From: an uncultured archaeon
Lineage (GTDB): Archaea; Hadarchaeota; Hadarchaeia; Hadarchaeales; WYZ-LMO6
DNA length: 64,000 nt
Reading direction: 5' to 3'
NCBI GenBank assembly: GCA_938074535.1
Contig: CALJER010000017.1
Coordinates: forward strand, 314-64,313
The stretch's first letter is position 1; every line of letters begins with the position of its first letter. The notes below the pieces were generated by a model, which saw nothing but the letters and a program-made list of their open reading frames with translations, was not told the origin of the DNA and ran no database searches. Below, piece after piece: positions 57,138-64,000 of this stretch. Made by a program: the position numbers and the translations under genes.

Positions 57138-58100
57138 ATGAGGCTCAGAGAGGTGGGGGAGAGGAAACTGCTGGAGAGGGTGAGGAGGCTCTTCCCCCCC
57201 GCCCCCTGGGTGGAGGTGGGGGTGGGGGACGACGGGGCGGTCCTGAGGTGGGGGAAGGAAAGGGTGGTGGTGTGCTCGGACATGCTCACCTCCAGCAGGG
57301 ACCTTCCCCCCGGACTCGACCTCTTTTACCTGGGGTGGAAGGCGGTGGTCTCCAGCCTCAGCGATCTTGCCGCCATGGGGGCCAGGCCCCTCGCCCTCCT
57401 CTTCTCCCTCGGTCTTCCCCCTGACCTGGAGGAAGGAAGGGCGAACAGGCTCCTGCGGGGAATAGAGAGGGCCTCCTCCCTCCACGGGGTTCCGGTGGTG
57501 GGCGGGGACTTCAGCGGCTGCGAGGAGGTGGTGGTGGGAGGGACCGGGATCGGGAGGGCGAAGAGGGTCATGCTGAGGAAGGGGGCCTCCCCCGGCGAGC
57601 TCCTGGCCCTCACGGGGGAGGTGGGGAACGCAGGAGCCGGTCTGGAGGTCCTCAGGAGGAGGAGGAAAGGACATGAGAGGCTGGTGAGGAGCTTCCTGCA
57701 GCCAAGGGCCAGGGTGAGGGAAGGGGAGAGGCTGGTGGAAAGGGGTGCCACCTCCGCCCTCGACCTCTCGGACGGGCTGGCGCGGGGGCTGTGGAGGCTG
57801 GCGGAGGAAAGCGGGGTGAAGCTCAGGGTGGACCCGTCCTCCCTCCCCCTTTCCCTTCCCCTCACCAGGTTCTGCAGGGAGGAGGGTCTCTCCCCCCTGG
57901 ACTTCGCCCTCTACGGAGGGGAGGACTTCGAGCTCCTCTTCACCCTCCCCCCGGAGCGCTGGCAGGGGGTGAGGAAGGCCCTGGAGGGGGTGGGATGCAG
58001 GGCCCGCCTCATAGGAAGGGTGGAGAGGGGGAGGGGAGTTCTGCTGGGGGAGAAAAAACTTCCGGACAGGGGATACGAGCACTACCGCAGCGGCCCCTGA
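57138..58100 (+). CDS. thiL: Thiamine-monophosphate kinase
   Basis: GDDGA, SDLAAMGA, GGD, DLSDGL, GGEDFELLFT. Confidence 0.93.
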   Translation: MRLREVGERKLLERVRRLFPPAPWVEVGVGDDGAVLRWGKERVVVCSDMLTSSRDLPPGLDLFYLGWKAVVSSLSDLAAMGARPLALLFSLGLPPDLEEGRANRLLRGIERASSLHGVPVVGGDFSGCEEVVVGGTGIGRAKRVMLRKGASPGELLALTGEVGNAGAGLEVLRRRRKGHERLVRSFLQPRARVREGERLVERGATSALDLSDGLARGLWRLAEESGVKLRVDPSSLPLSLPLTRFCREEGLSPLDFALYGGEDFELLFTLPPERWQGVRKALEGVGCRARLIGRVERGRGVLLGEKKLPDRGYEHYRSGP

Positions 58101-58990
58101 TCCCTCCAGGCCCTGCGGTAGACCGCCCTGTACTTCCCGTGCTTCCTGGGCCTGGGGACGCGGCGCCCGAAGCTCCTCCGGCACTCCGGGCAGAGGAGGA
58201 GGGGCTCCCCCTCCAGCTCGTAGAGGGAGAAGCATGGGGAGGAACAGACGAAGCACTTTCCACCCAGGGACTCGGTGAACTCCTCCCCCAGAGAGAGCAT
58301 CTCCACCGCCCCAGGCACCTCCCGCACGGAGGGAACCACGGCATCCGCTTCGACCCCCTCGGGGGTTTGCCGGCTGAGGAGGACGAGGCGCATCCCCACC
58401 CCCCTCGCCCCCTTCCCGTCCGTGTCGGTGCGGTCGCCCACGTGCACGGCCTCCCCCGGGGAAACCCCCAGCTCCCTGAGGGCCCTCAGGAAGATCTCGG
58501 GATGGGGCTTGCGGTACCCGACCTCACCCGACACCAGGATGACCCCGAAGTACCTGTCGAGCCCCCTCTCCTCCAGGAACCTCCTGGGAGCAGGGCTCAT
58601 GGAGTTGGAGATGACCCCAAGCCTGTAGAGGCCGGCCAGCTCCTCCACCACCCTCCCGGCCCCTCTCTTCAGCCTGCGGGGAAAGGAGGAGAGGTAGAGG
58701 GAGAGCATCTCCTCCAGCAGCCAGGGGACCGGCTCCACCCCCGCGCCGGAGAGCTGGAGGGAGGAGAACTCCTGGAAGGACATCTCCCTTCCCTCCTTCC
58801 TCCTCCGTGCGAGCTCGGAGAGGGCGGCGGAGGTCGCCTTCCCCCACTCCTCCTTCCCCACCCCGAAACCGAGGGAGGCGAGGCGCGAGAGGACCCTCTC
58901 CTCATAGAGCCGGTGGTCCGGCTTTCCCTCCGCCAGCACCCCTCCCACGTCGAAGGTGATGGCCTTTATCCCCCTCTCCCCCGCTTCCAT
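58082..58990 (-). CDS. HAD-family hydrolase with C-terminal CxxC...CxxC domain
   Basis: FDVGGVL, ISN, KPHPEIF, HVGD..D; CFVC...CPEC. Confidence 0.8.
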   Translation of the reverse strand: MEAGERGIKAITFDVGGVLAEGKPDHRLYEERVLSRLASLGFGVGKEEWGKATSAALSELARRRKEGREMSFQEFSSLQLSGAGVEPVPWLLEEMLSLYLSSFPRRLKRGAGRVVEELAGLYRLGVISNSMSPAPRRFLEERGLDRYFGVILVSGEVGYRKPHPEIFLRALRELGVSPGEAVHVGDRTDTDGKGARGVGMRLVLLSRQTPEGVEADAVVPSVREVPGAVEMLSLGEEFTESLGGKCFVCSSPCFSLYELEGEPLLLCPECRRSFGRRVPRPRKHGKYRAVYRRAWRDQGPLR

Positions 58991-59697
58991 GCCTCGTACG
59001 CCCTCTCGTATCCCCTCTCCACCACCAGGTCCACGAACCTCAGGTGCTCTCTCACCAGCTCCCTCACCTCTTCCTCCCCCAGCCTCCTCCCCCCCATCAT
59101 CTCCTCCCTCACCCTTCCCAGCAGGAGATCGAGCGGCCTGCAGGGCGGGTCAACCGTTCTCACCTCCGTCTCGAACCCCAGCTCGGAGAGGAGGCGGACC
59201 AGCTCGGGTGGAGCATCCAGGCAAACATTTTCCTCCCCGGCCCTGGAGGCTATGAAATCGGCCTCCAGCCCTGCGGCCTCGAACCTGTTGAGCACCTCCC
59301 TCCTGAGCGCTTCCTTCCACTCCTCCGCCTTCACCCTCCCGAGCTTCGCCCTCATGGTCAGACGCAGGAGGACCACGGCCGTCTCCCTGGAGATCCTGTA
59401 GGAGGAGAGGTCCCTGTACCCGAAGAGCCTGATGGCCCTGCCCCTGACCGCGCTCAGGAGGGGTCCCAGCGCCCTGAGCTCCTGCAGGTCCTCCGGCACC
59501 CGGACCTTTCCCCTCCTCTCCATCTCCTCCACCACCTTCTCAGGCTTCTCCCCCCTCGCCATCCTCCCCAGGTACTCGGTGTGGTCCATGGGAAGGTCGA
59601 GGAAGAGGCACTCGCAGGAGGGGCGGAGGAGGGACCCCGCTCTCTCCTTCGAGGAAAGGGTCTCCGCCGTCACCAGCACCTCCATCCTCCTGGCCAA
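58966..59697 (-). CDS. Hypothetical protein
   Basis: 243-aa ORF with host-like codon use, in line with flanking minus-strand genes. Confidence 0.6.
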   Translation of the reverse strand: MARRMEVLVTAETLSSKERAGSLLRPSCECLFLDLPMDHTEYLGRMARGEKPEKVVEEMERRGKVRVPEDLQELRALGPLLSAVRGRAIRLFGYRDLSSYRISRETAVVLLRLTMRAKLGRVKAEEWKEALRREVLNRFEAAGLEADFIASRAGEENVCLDAPPELVRLLSELGFETEVRTVDPPCRPLDLLLGRVREEMMGGRRLGEEEVRELVREHLRFVDLVVERGYERAYEAWKRGRGG

Positions 59698-59745
59698 GCC
59701 TCTCCCCTTTCTTCCCTCTCTCCTTCCTCCTTCAAAAAGTTGGGG

Positions 59746-60774
59746 TCAGGGAAGCTCACCCACCACCGGTATCTCCCTCCCGCACCTCGGGCACCTCTTC
59801 CCCTTCAGCCTGCACTCCTCCAGGGAAAGACCGAAGCGCCTGAGGAGGAGCTCCCCGCAGGAGGGGCAGTAGGTGTGCTCGTACCTGTGTCCTGGAACGT
59901 TTCCCACGTAGACGAACTCCACCCCCTCCTCCACCGCCAGGTCGTGCGCCCTCTCCAGCGCGGAGACGGGCGTGGAAGGGGCCGTGAACCTGAAGGAGGG
60001 GTAGTAGGCGGTGAAGTGCAGGGGGGTTTCGGCTCCCGCCTCCTTCAGGTGGCGGCGGATCAGGGAGAGCAGCTGGTCCTCCCGGTCGTTCACCCCCGGG
60101 ATGACCAGGTTCACCACCTCCACATGCAGACCCAGACGCCTGGCCAGACCCACGTTCCTCCAGACCTTCTCCAGGTCGGCCCCGCACTGCGTCCTCACCA
60201 CCTCCCCGTCCCCCTTCACATCGATGTTGATGGCATCGAGCCCCGCCTCCGCCAGGGCCCTCAGGGCCTCCTCCGTCATGTAGCCGTTGCTCACGAAGGT
60301 GTTGTACAGCTTCTTCCTCCTGGCGAGGGGGAAGACCTCCAGGGCCCACTCGAAGAGGAGGGTGGGCTCGTTGAAGGAGAGGGAGGTCCCCCGGCACCCC
60401 TCCCTGAGGGTGAGCCTCACGAAGTCCTCCGGGCTCAGGTAGTTCGCCCTCTCGGGCCTTGGCCTGGCCTTCGAGAGGGTCCAGTTCTGGCACCACCCGC
60501 AGGTGAAGTTGCAGCCCCAGGTCCCCACCGTCAGGGCCGTGGATCCAGGCCAGAAGTGGTAGAAGGGTTTCTTCTCTATGGGGTTGGCGGAAAGGGAGGA
60601 GATGTCGCCGTACACCAGGGTCCTGAGCTCTCCCCCCACGTTCCTCCTGGTCCCGCAGAAGCCCTCCCCGCCCTCCTCCACCCGGCACCTCCTCTCGCAC
60701 AGCCCGCACCTCACCCTCCCCCCTTCCAGTCTTTCCCAGAGGAGGGCCCTTCTCACCGTGGGAAGGAGTTCCAT
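59746..60774 (-). CDS. AmmeMemoRadiSam-system radical SAM enzyme (AmrS-like)
   Basis: CGLCERRC, PIEKKPFYHF, GCNFTCGWCQNW, TYCPSCG, CPRCG. Confidence 0.9.
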   Translation of the reverse strand: MELLPTVRRALLWERLEGGRVRCGLCERRCRVEEGGEGFCGTRRNVGGELRTLVYGDISSLSANPIEKKPFYHFWPGSTALTVGTWGCNFTCGWCQNWTLSKARPRPERANYLSPEDFVRLTLREGCRGTSLSFNEPTLLFEWALEVFPLARRKKLYNTFVSNGYMTEEALRALAEAGLDAINIDVKGDGEVVRTQCGADLEKVWRNVGLARRLGLHVEVVNLVIPGVNDREDQLLSLIRRHLKEAGAETPLHFTAYYPSFRFTAPSTPVSALERAHDLAVEEGVEFVYVGNVPGHRYEHTYCPSCGELLLRRFGLSLEECRLKGKRCPRCGREIPVVGELP

Positions 60775-60805
60775 CCACCCTACTCGGAGGGAGGGGTATA
60801 AGCGG

Positions 60806-60911
60806 TGGCGCCCTGGCCGGGATTTGAACCCGGGGCACAGGCTCGACAGGCCTGTATGTTTGGTCTCGGGAACTCCTCGCCCCCGATTAGACCGGGCTAC
60901 ACCACCAGGGC
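60806..60911 (-). tRNA. tRNA-Asp(GUC) with 28-nt intron at position 21/22 (intron 60860-60887)
   Basis: Removing ATCGGGGGCGAGGAGTTCCCGAGACCAA gives a 78-nt cloverleaf, anticodon loop CT-GTC-GA, CCA encoded; BHB-like junction. Confidence 0.92.
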
Positions 60912-60958
60912 GCCAAACTTTCTTCCCCCCCGCCGTTAAAGTAATTTTCCCGTCCGGG

Positions 60959-61792
60959 CTAGGCCATCTCCCTCCTCCTGAACCTCCAGACGCTGAAGCC
61001 CAGGAGGCCCATCCCGTATCCGGTTAGGAGGAGGGAGGCCACCACCGGATCCCCGCTCGCCCTCACCATCCTACCCATCGCCTGGCCTCCGCCCACCATC
61101 TCCCCGAAGGCCTCCTCGAAGGAGATGCCGTAGGTGGAGGCCATGGCATCGCTCGCCCGATCAGGCATGAACCAGGGTTCGTGCCCCGCGTGGCTCAGGC
61201 CGGTCGAAACGGTGGAGAAGAGCACCATGTAGGTGAGGAGGGTGGCCAGCGTCGCACCCGTCCCGCCCTTCAGGGCCGAGCTGAAGGCAAAGGCCATGCC
61301 GTTCACGAAGACCGCTATGGCCAGGGTCACGCCGAAGGAGCCCGCCATTCCAAGCGGCACCCTCCCGTAGAACGCCAGCGTCAGGAGAGCGGAGAGGAGG
61401 AAGCCCGCCCCCAGCACCAGGACGGTGGCAAGGAGGCAGGCCAGGTACTTCCCCAGCACCAGCGTGCCCCTTCCCACCGGGTTGGGGAAGAGGAGGTAGC
61501 CCGTCCCGCGCTCGAACTCGGAGGCGAGGACATCCCCTGAAAAGAAAACGGCGGCAAGGAGGGCGAGGGCGCTCATGGAGGAGACCCAGAGGGCGAAGAG
61601 CTCGGCCCCCTTCTCCTCCAGCAGCCGGGCGGGAAGCCCCATCCTCGCCAGGAGGTCCCACCCCTCGCACATGGCGGCCGAGAGGACCACCGCCAGCACT
61701 ACCACCACCGTCGCCCCGTAGAACCTCCTCCTCCGGTACTGCTTCAGGAACTCGTACCTCACCACCACCCCAAGCCTGTCCAGCTCCCTCAT
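60959..61792 (-). CDS. ABC-2 type exporter permease
   Basis: EFERGT...PVGR..LVLGK; FRRRE C-terminus; ATGA overlap. Confidence 0.88.
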   Translation of the reverse strand: MRELDRLGVVVRYEFLKQYRRRRFYGATVVVVLAVVLSAAMCEGWDLLARMGLPARLLEEKGAELFALWVSSMSALALLAAVFFSGDVLASEFERGTGYLLFPNPVGRGTLVLGKYLACLLATVLVLGAGFLLSALLTLAFYGRVPLGMAGSFGVTLAIAVFVNGMAFAFSSALKGGTGATLATLLTYMVLFSTVSTGLSHAGHEPWFMPDRASDAMASTYGISFEEAFGEMVGGGQAMGRMVRASGDPVVASLLLTGYGMGLLGFSVWRFRRREMA

Positions 61793-62511
61793 ACCGCTCC
61801 CCCCGTGAGCCCGAGGTACGCCTTCTCCAGGGACCCGTACTTCCTCCTGAGGGAAGAAAGGGACCGGTGAGCGACCAGCCTGCCCCGGTGGAGGATGGCC
61901 ACCCTGCCGCAGAGGTGGGAGACCTCCGTGAGGAGGTGCGAGGCCAGGAGCACGGTCTTCCTTTTTCCCGCCTCCCTCAGGATCCGCCTGAACTCCAGCA
62001 TGCCCCCGGGATCCAGGCCGGAGGAGGGCTCGTCCAGGAGGAGGATGGGGGGATCGTGCAGGAGGGCCTGGGCCAGGGCCAGGCGCTGCTTCATCCCCCT
62101 GGAAAAGCTGCCTATCCTGGTCCTCCTCCGCTCCCCCAGGCCCACCAGCTCCAGCACCTCCTCTATTCTCTCCTCGAGCCTCCCACCGTCCATGCCGCGC
62201 AGGAGGCCCAGGTACCTCAGGGTCTCCTCGGGGGTGAGGAAGGAATAGAACTCCGGGGTCTCCACCATGACCCCCACCCTGGCGACCGCCTCCTCCCTCT
62301 CCTCCACCACGTCGAAGCCCGCCAGCCAAGCTCTCCCCGCCGAGGGGCGCAGCAGCCCGCAGAGGAGCTTCAGGGCGGTGGTCTTCCCGGCGCCGTTGGG
62401 TCCCAGCAGGGCCACCTTTTCCCCTTCCCCCACCCGGAGGGAAAGACCGTCCAGGGCGAGGAAACCACCGTAGCGCTTCGTCAGCCCCTCCATCACGATG
62501 GGTTCCTTCAC
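61789..62511 (-). CDS. ABC transporter ATP-binding protein
   Basis: GPNGAGKTT, FSRGMKQR, LLDEP, SH. Confidence 0.93.
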   Translation of the reverse strand: MKEPIVMEGLTKRYGGFLALDGLSLRVGEGEKVALLGPNGAGKTTALKLLCGLLRPSAGRAWLAGFDVVEEREEAVARVGVMVETPEFYSFLTPEETLRYLGLLRGMDGGRLEERIEEVLELVGLGERRRTRIGSFSRGMKQRLALAQALLHDPPILLLDEPSSGLDPGGMLEFRRILREAGKRKTVLLASHLLTEVSHLCGRVAILHRGRLVAHRSLSSLRRKYGSLEKAYLGLTGGAV

Positions 62512-62534
62512 ATCCCCCCTCCCGCGCCGGGCCT

Positions 62535-62540
62535 AAAAAA
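62535..62540 (-). terminator. Oligo-T terminator after 5S rRNA
   Basis: T6 on minus strand just past the 3' end of 5S. Confidence 0.55.
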
Positions 62541-62542
62541 GC

Positions 62543-62664
62543 GGTTGGCGGCGTCCTGGAGTTCCCGTCCGCTTCCGCAGGACAGTACCGTCCAGATCGC
62601 TGGCGGGCTTAACTTCCGGGATCGAACGAGACCGGGTGTTTCCCCGCCGCTATGGCCGCCAACC
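62543..62664 (-). rRNA. rrf: 5S rRNA (stand-alone)
   Basis: Reverse complement GGTTGGCGGCCATAGCGGCGGGGAAACACCCGGTCTCG...GAAGTTAAGCCCGCC...GCCGCCAACC; complementary ends, 122 nt. Confidence 0.93.
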
Positions 62665-62704
62665 AAGAAAAAAGGGGAGGAAGAGTTATTAACCTTACGA
62701 GGGG

Positions 62705-62956
62705 CTACGGCTCCACCTCCACCCTCACCAGCTCCCTCAGCTTGTCGGGATGGGCGGAGCTGAGGTGGTGGAGGGCGATGGAGAAGAGGACCACCTCCCG
62801 GGCGAAAGAGGGGTCCTGCCAGCTGACCTCCCTGAGGAGCCCCAGCGCCTCCGAAAGCTGCTTCCTCACCTCCTCCGGCAGCTCCTGGAGCCAGGAGAGC
62901 TGGGAACCCCTGAAAAGCACCTGACCGCAGACTCCGCACCTCACCACTATCTCCAT
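62705..62956 (-). CDS. Small hypothetical protein with N-terminal CxxC
   Basis: ATG with GAGGG SD; MEIVVRCGVCG. Confidence 0.45.
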   Translation of the reverse strand: MEIVVRCGVCGQVLFRGSQLSWLQELPEEVRKQLSEALGLLREVSWQDPSFAREVVLFSIALHHLSSAHPDKLRELVRVEVEP

Positions 62957-63024
62957 CCCTCTAACTCGGACCGCCCCCTTATTAGCTCCCCCAGCTTCAA
63001 AAATCCGTGAAAATATCGGTCTTG

Positions 63025-64000
63025 ATGAGGCTCCTGGTAACGGGGATGGGGGGTGAAGGGGAGGGACTGGCCGAGTGGGAGGGAAGAACGGTGAGGGTGC
63101 TCCACGCCCTGCCGGGGGAAGAGGTGGAGGCCGAGCTGCTCGCGGAGGGCAGGAACCCCGTGGCCCTGGTGAAAGAGGTTCTCACCCCCTCCCCGGACAG
63201 GAGGAGTCCCCCCTGCCCCCTCTTCACGCGCTGCGGGGGCTGCCAGCTCCAGCACCTCAGGTACCCCAGGCAGCTGGAGCTCAAGAGGGAGTGGGTGGAA
63301 AAAGCCCTGAAGGCGAAGGTGGAGCCCACCCTCAGCGCTGGGGAGTTCGGCTACCGGAACCACGCCAGGCTCACCGCCAGGAGGGGGGAGGTGGGCTTCA
63401 GGAACAAGCACACGGGAGAGTTCGTGAGGGTGGACCGCTGCCTCCTCATGTCCCCTCCGGTGAACGAGCTGCTCTCCAGGGTGCAGGGAAGGTGCTTCAG
63501 CAGGATGGTCTCCATCAGGACGGGGATCAGGACGGGGGAGTACCTCATTCAGCCCAGTCTCTTCCTGGAGGATCTGCCCACCGGACAGCCCTTCTACCAC
63601 GAGGTCCTGCTGGGGAGGAGGTTCAGGGTCTCCGCCTCCTCCTTCTTCCAGACCAACACGGAGGGCGCGGAGGAGATGGTGGGGATGATCAGGGAGTGGA
63701 TAGGAAGCGCGGACAGGGTCCTGGACGCCTACGCCGGGGTGGGAACCTTCGCCTCCCTCCTCTCCGACCTGGCCTCGGAGGTGCTGGCGGTGGAGGCCTC
63801 CCCCTCCGCGGAAAGGGATGCCCTCCACAACCTCCAGGGACTCCCCAACGTGAGGTTCGTGAGGGGGAGGGTGGAGGAGGTCCTCCCCGTGGAGGGCCTG
63901 GACGTCCTCCTGCTGGACCCTCCCAGGAAGGGATGCTCGAAGGAGGTAATCGAGGCCATCAACCGCTCCCCTCCGAAGAGGATCGTCTACGTCTCCTGCA
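63025..64000 (+). CDS. RlmD/TrmA-family RNA (uracil-5)-methyltransferase with TRAM and Fe-S motif, 3'-partial (absent from ORF track)
   Basis: Hand translation: GEGLA...ALPGEEV...PPCPLFTRCGGCQLQH...SFFQTN...DAYAGVGTF...LDPPRKG...IVYVSC; runs off the window. Confidence 0.9.
   Translation, partial: MRLLVTGMGGEGEGLAEWEGRTVRVLHALPGEEVEAELLAEGRNPVALVKEVLTPSPDRRSPPCPLFTRCGGCQLQHLRYPRQLELKREWVEKALKAKVEPTLSAGEFGYRNHARLTARRGEVGFRNKHTGEFVRVDRCLLMSPPVNELLSRVQGRCFSRMVSIRTGIRTGEYLIQPSLFLEDLPTGQPFYHEVLLGRRFRVSASSFFQTNTEGAEEMVGMIREWIGSADRVLDAYAGVGTFASLLSDLASEVLAVEASPSAERDALHNLQGLPNVRFVRGRVEEVLPVEGLDVLLLDPPRKGCSKEVIEAINRSPPKRIVYVSC

Noticed and set aside
9791-62763. Many long overlapping or antisense ORFs in the track (e.g. 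13683-15521, 23278-24969, 53416-55173, 59044-60801)
   Set aside because: Shadow frames of GC-rich genes; low-complexity Pro/Leu/Gly/His translations with no motifs, opposite well-supported genes
1-64000. CRISPR array, IS element, provirus
   Set aside because: No regularly spaced repeats, terminal inverted repeats, transposase, integrase or viral hallmark genes seen

Overview
Archaeal chromosomal window. Markers include CarS, thermosome, Rpo6, FEN1 with PIP box, Pth2, archaeal TpiA, a class III-signal pilin and an intron-containing tRNA. The gene set suggests an anaerobic, probably thermophilic lineage; Hadarchaeota-like is my unverified guess. The window has two compositional parts. (1) Bases 1 to ~9,640 are a lower-GC sulfur/cysteine block: SufS-type desulfurase, ThiF/MoeB, a degenerate IscS, IscU, a Cys-rich protein, a small Cys-containing HTH regulator, tRNA-Cys(GCA), a THUMP-less ThiI, Cys-type Thi4, a free-standing ThrRS-editing-like domain and an N-terminally extended SepCysS. 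Six copies of the palindrome ATAAC-N3-GTTAT sit at its promoters, which points to a dedicated regulon that includes the tRNA. (2) The rest is GC-rich host sequence. It holds a four-gene module (SipW-type signal peptidase fused to a DUF6114-like domain, plus three beta-rich exported proteins) that may build a surface structure. It also holds Hjc-like/Hef genes, a glycosylation/radical-SAM locus, an Hrb-FprA-ferritin-CopB stress operon, a group 3c-like [NiFe]-hydrogenase, a lectin-bearing pilin and a lipid-catabolism cluster with three SCP2 genes. Near the end are tRNA-Asp with a D-loop intron, a stand-alone 5S rRNA and a partial RlmD/TrmA methyltransferase. I saw no CRISPR array, transposase or integrase. 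All family names come from motif recognition by eye, not database searches.
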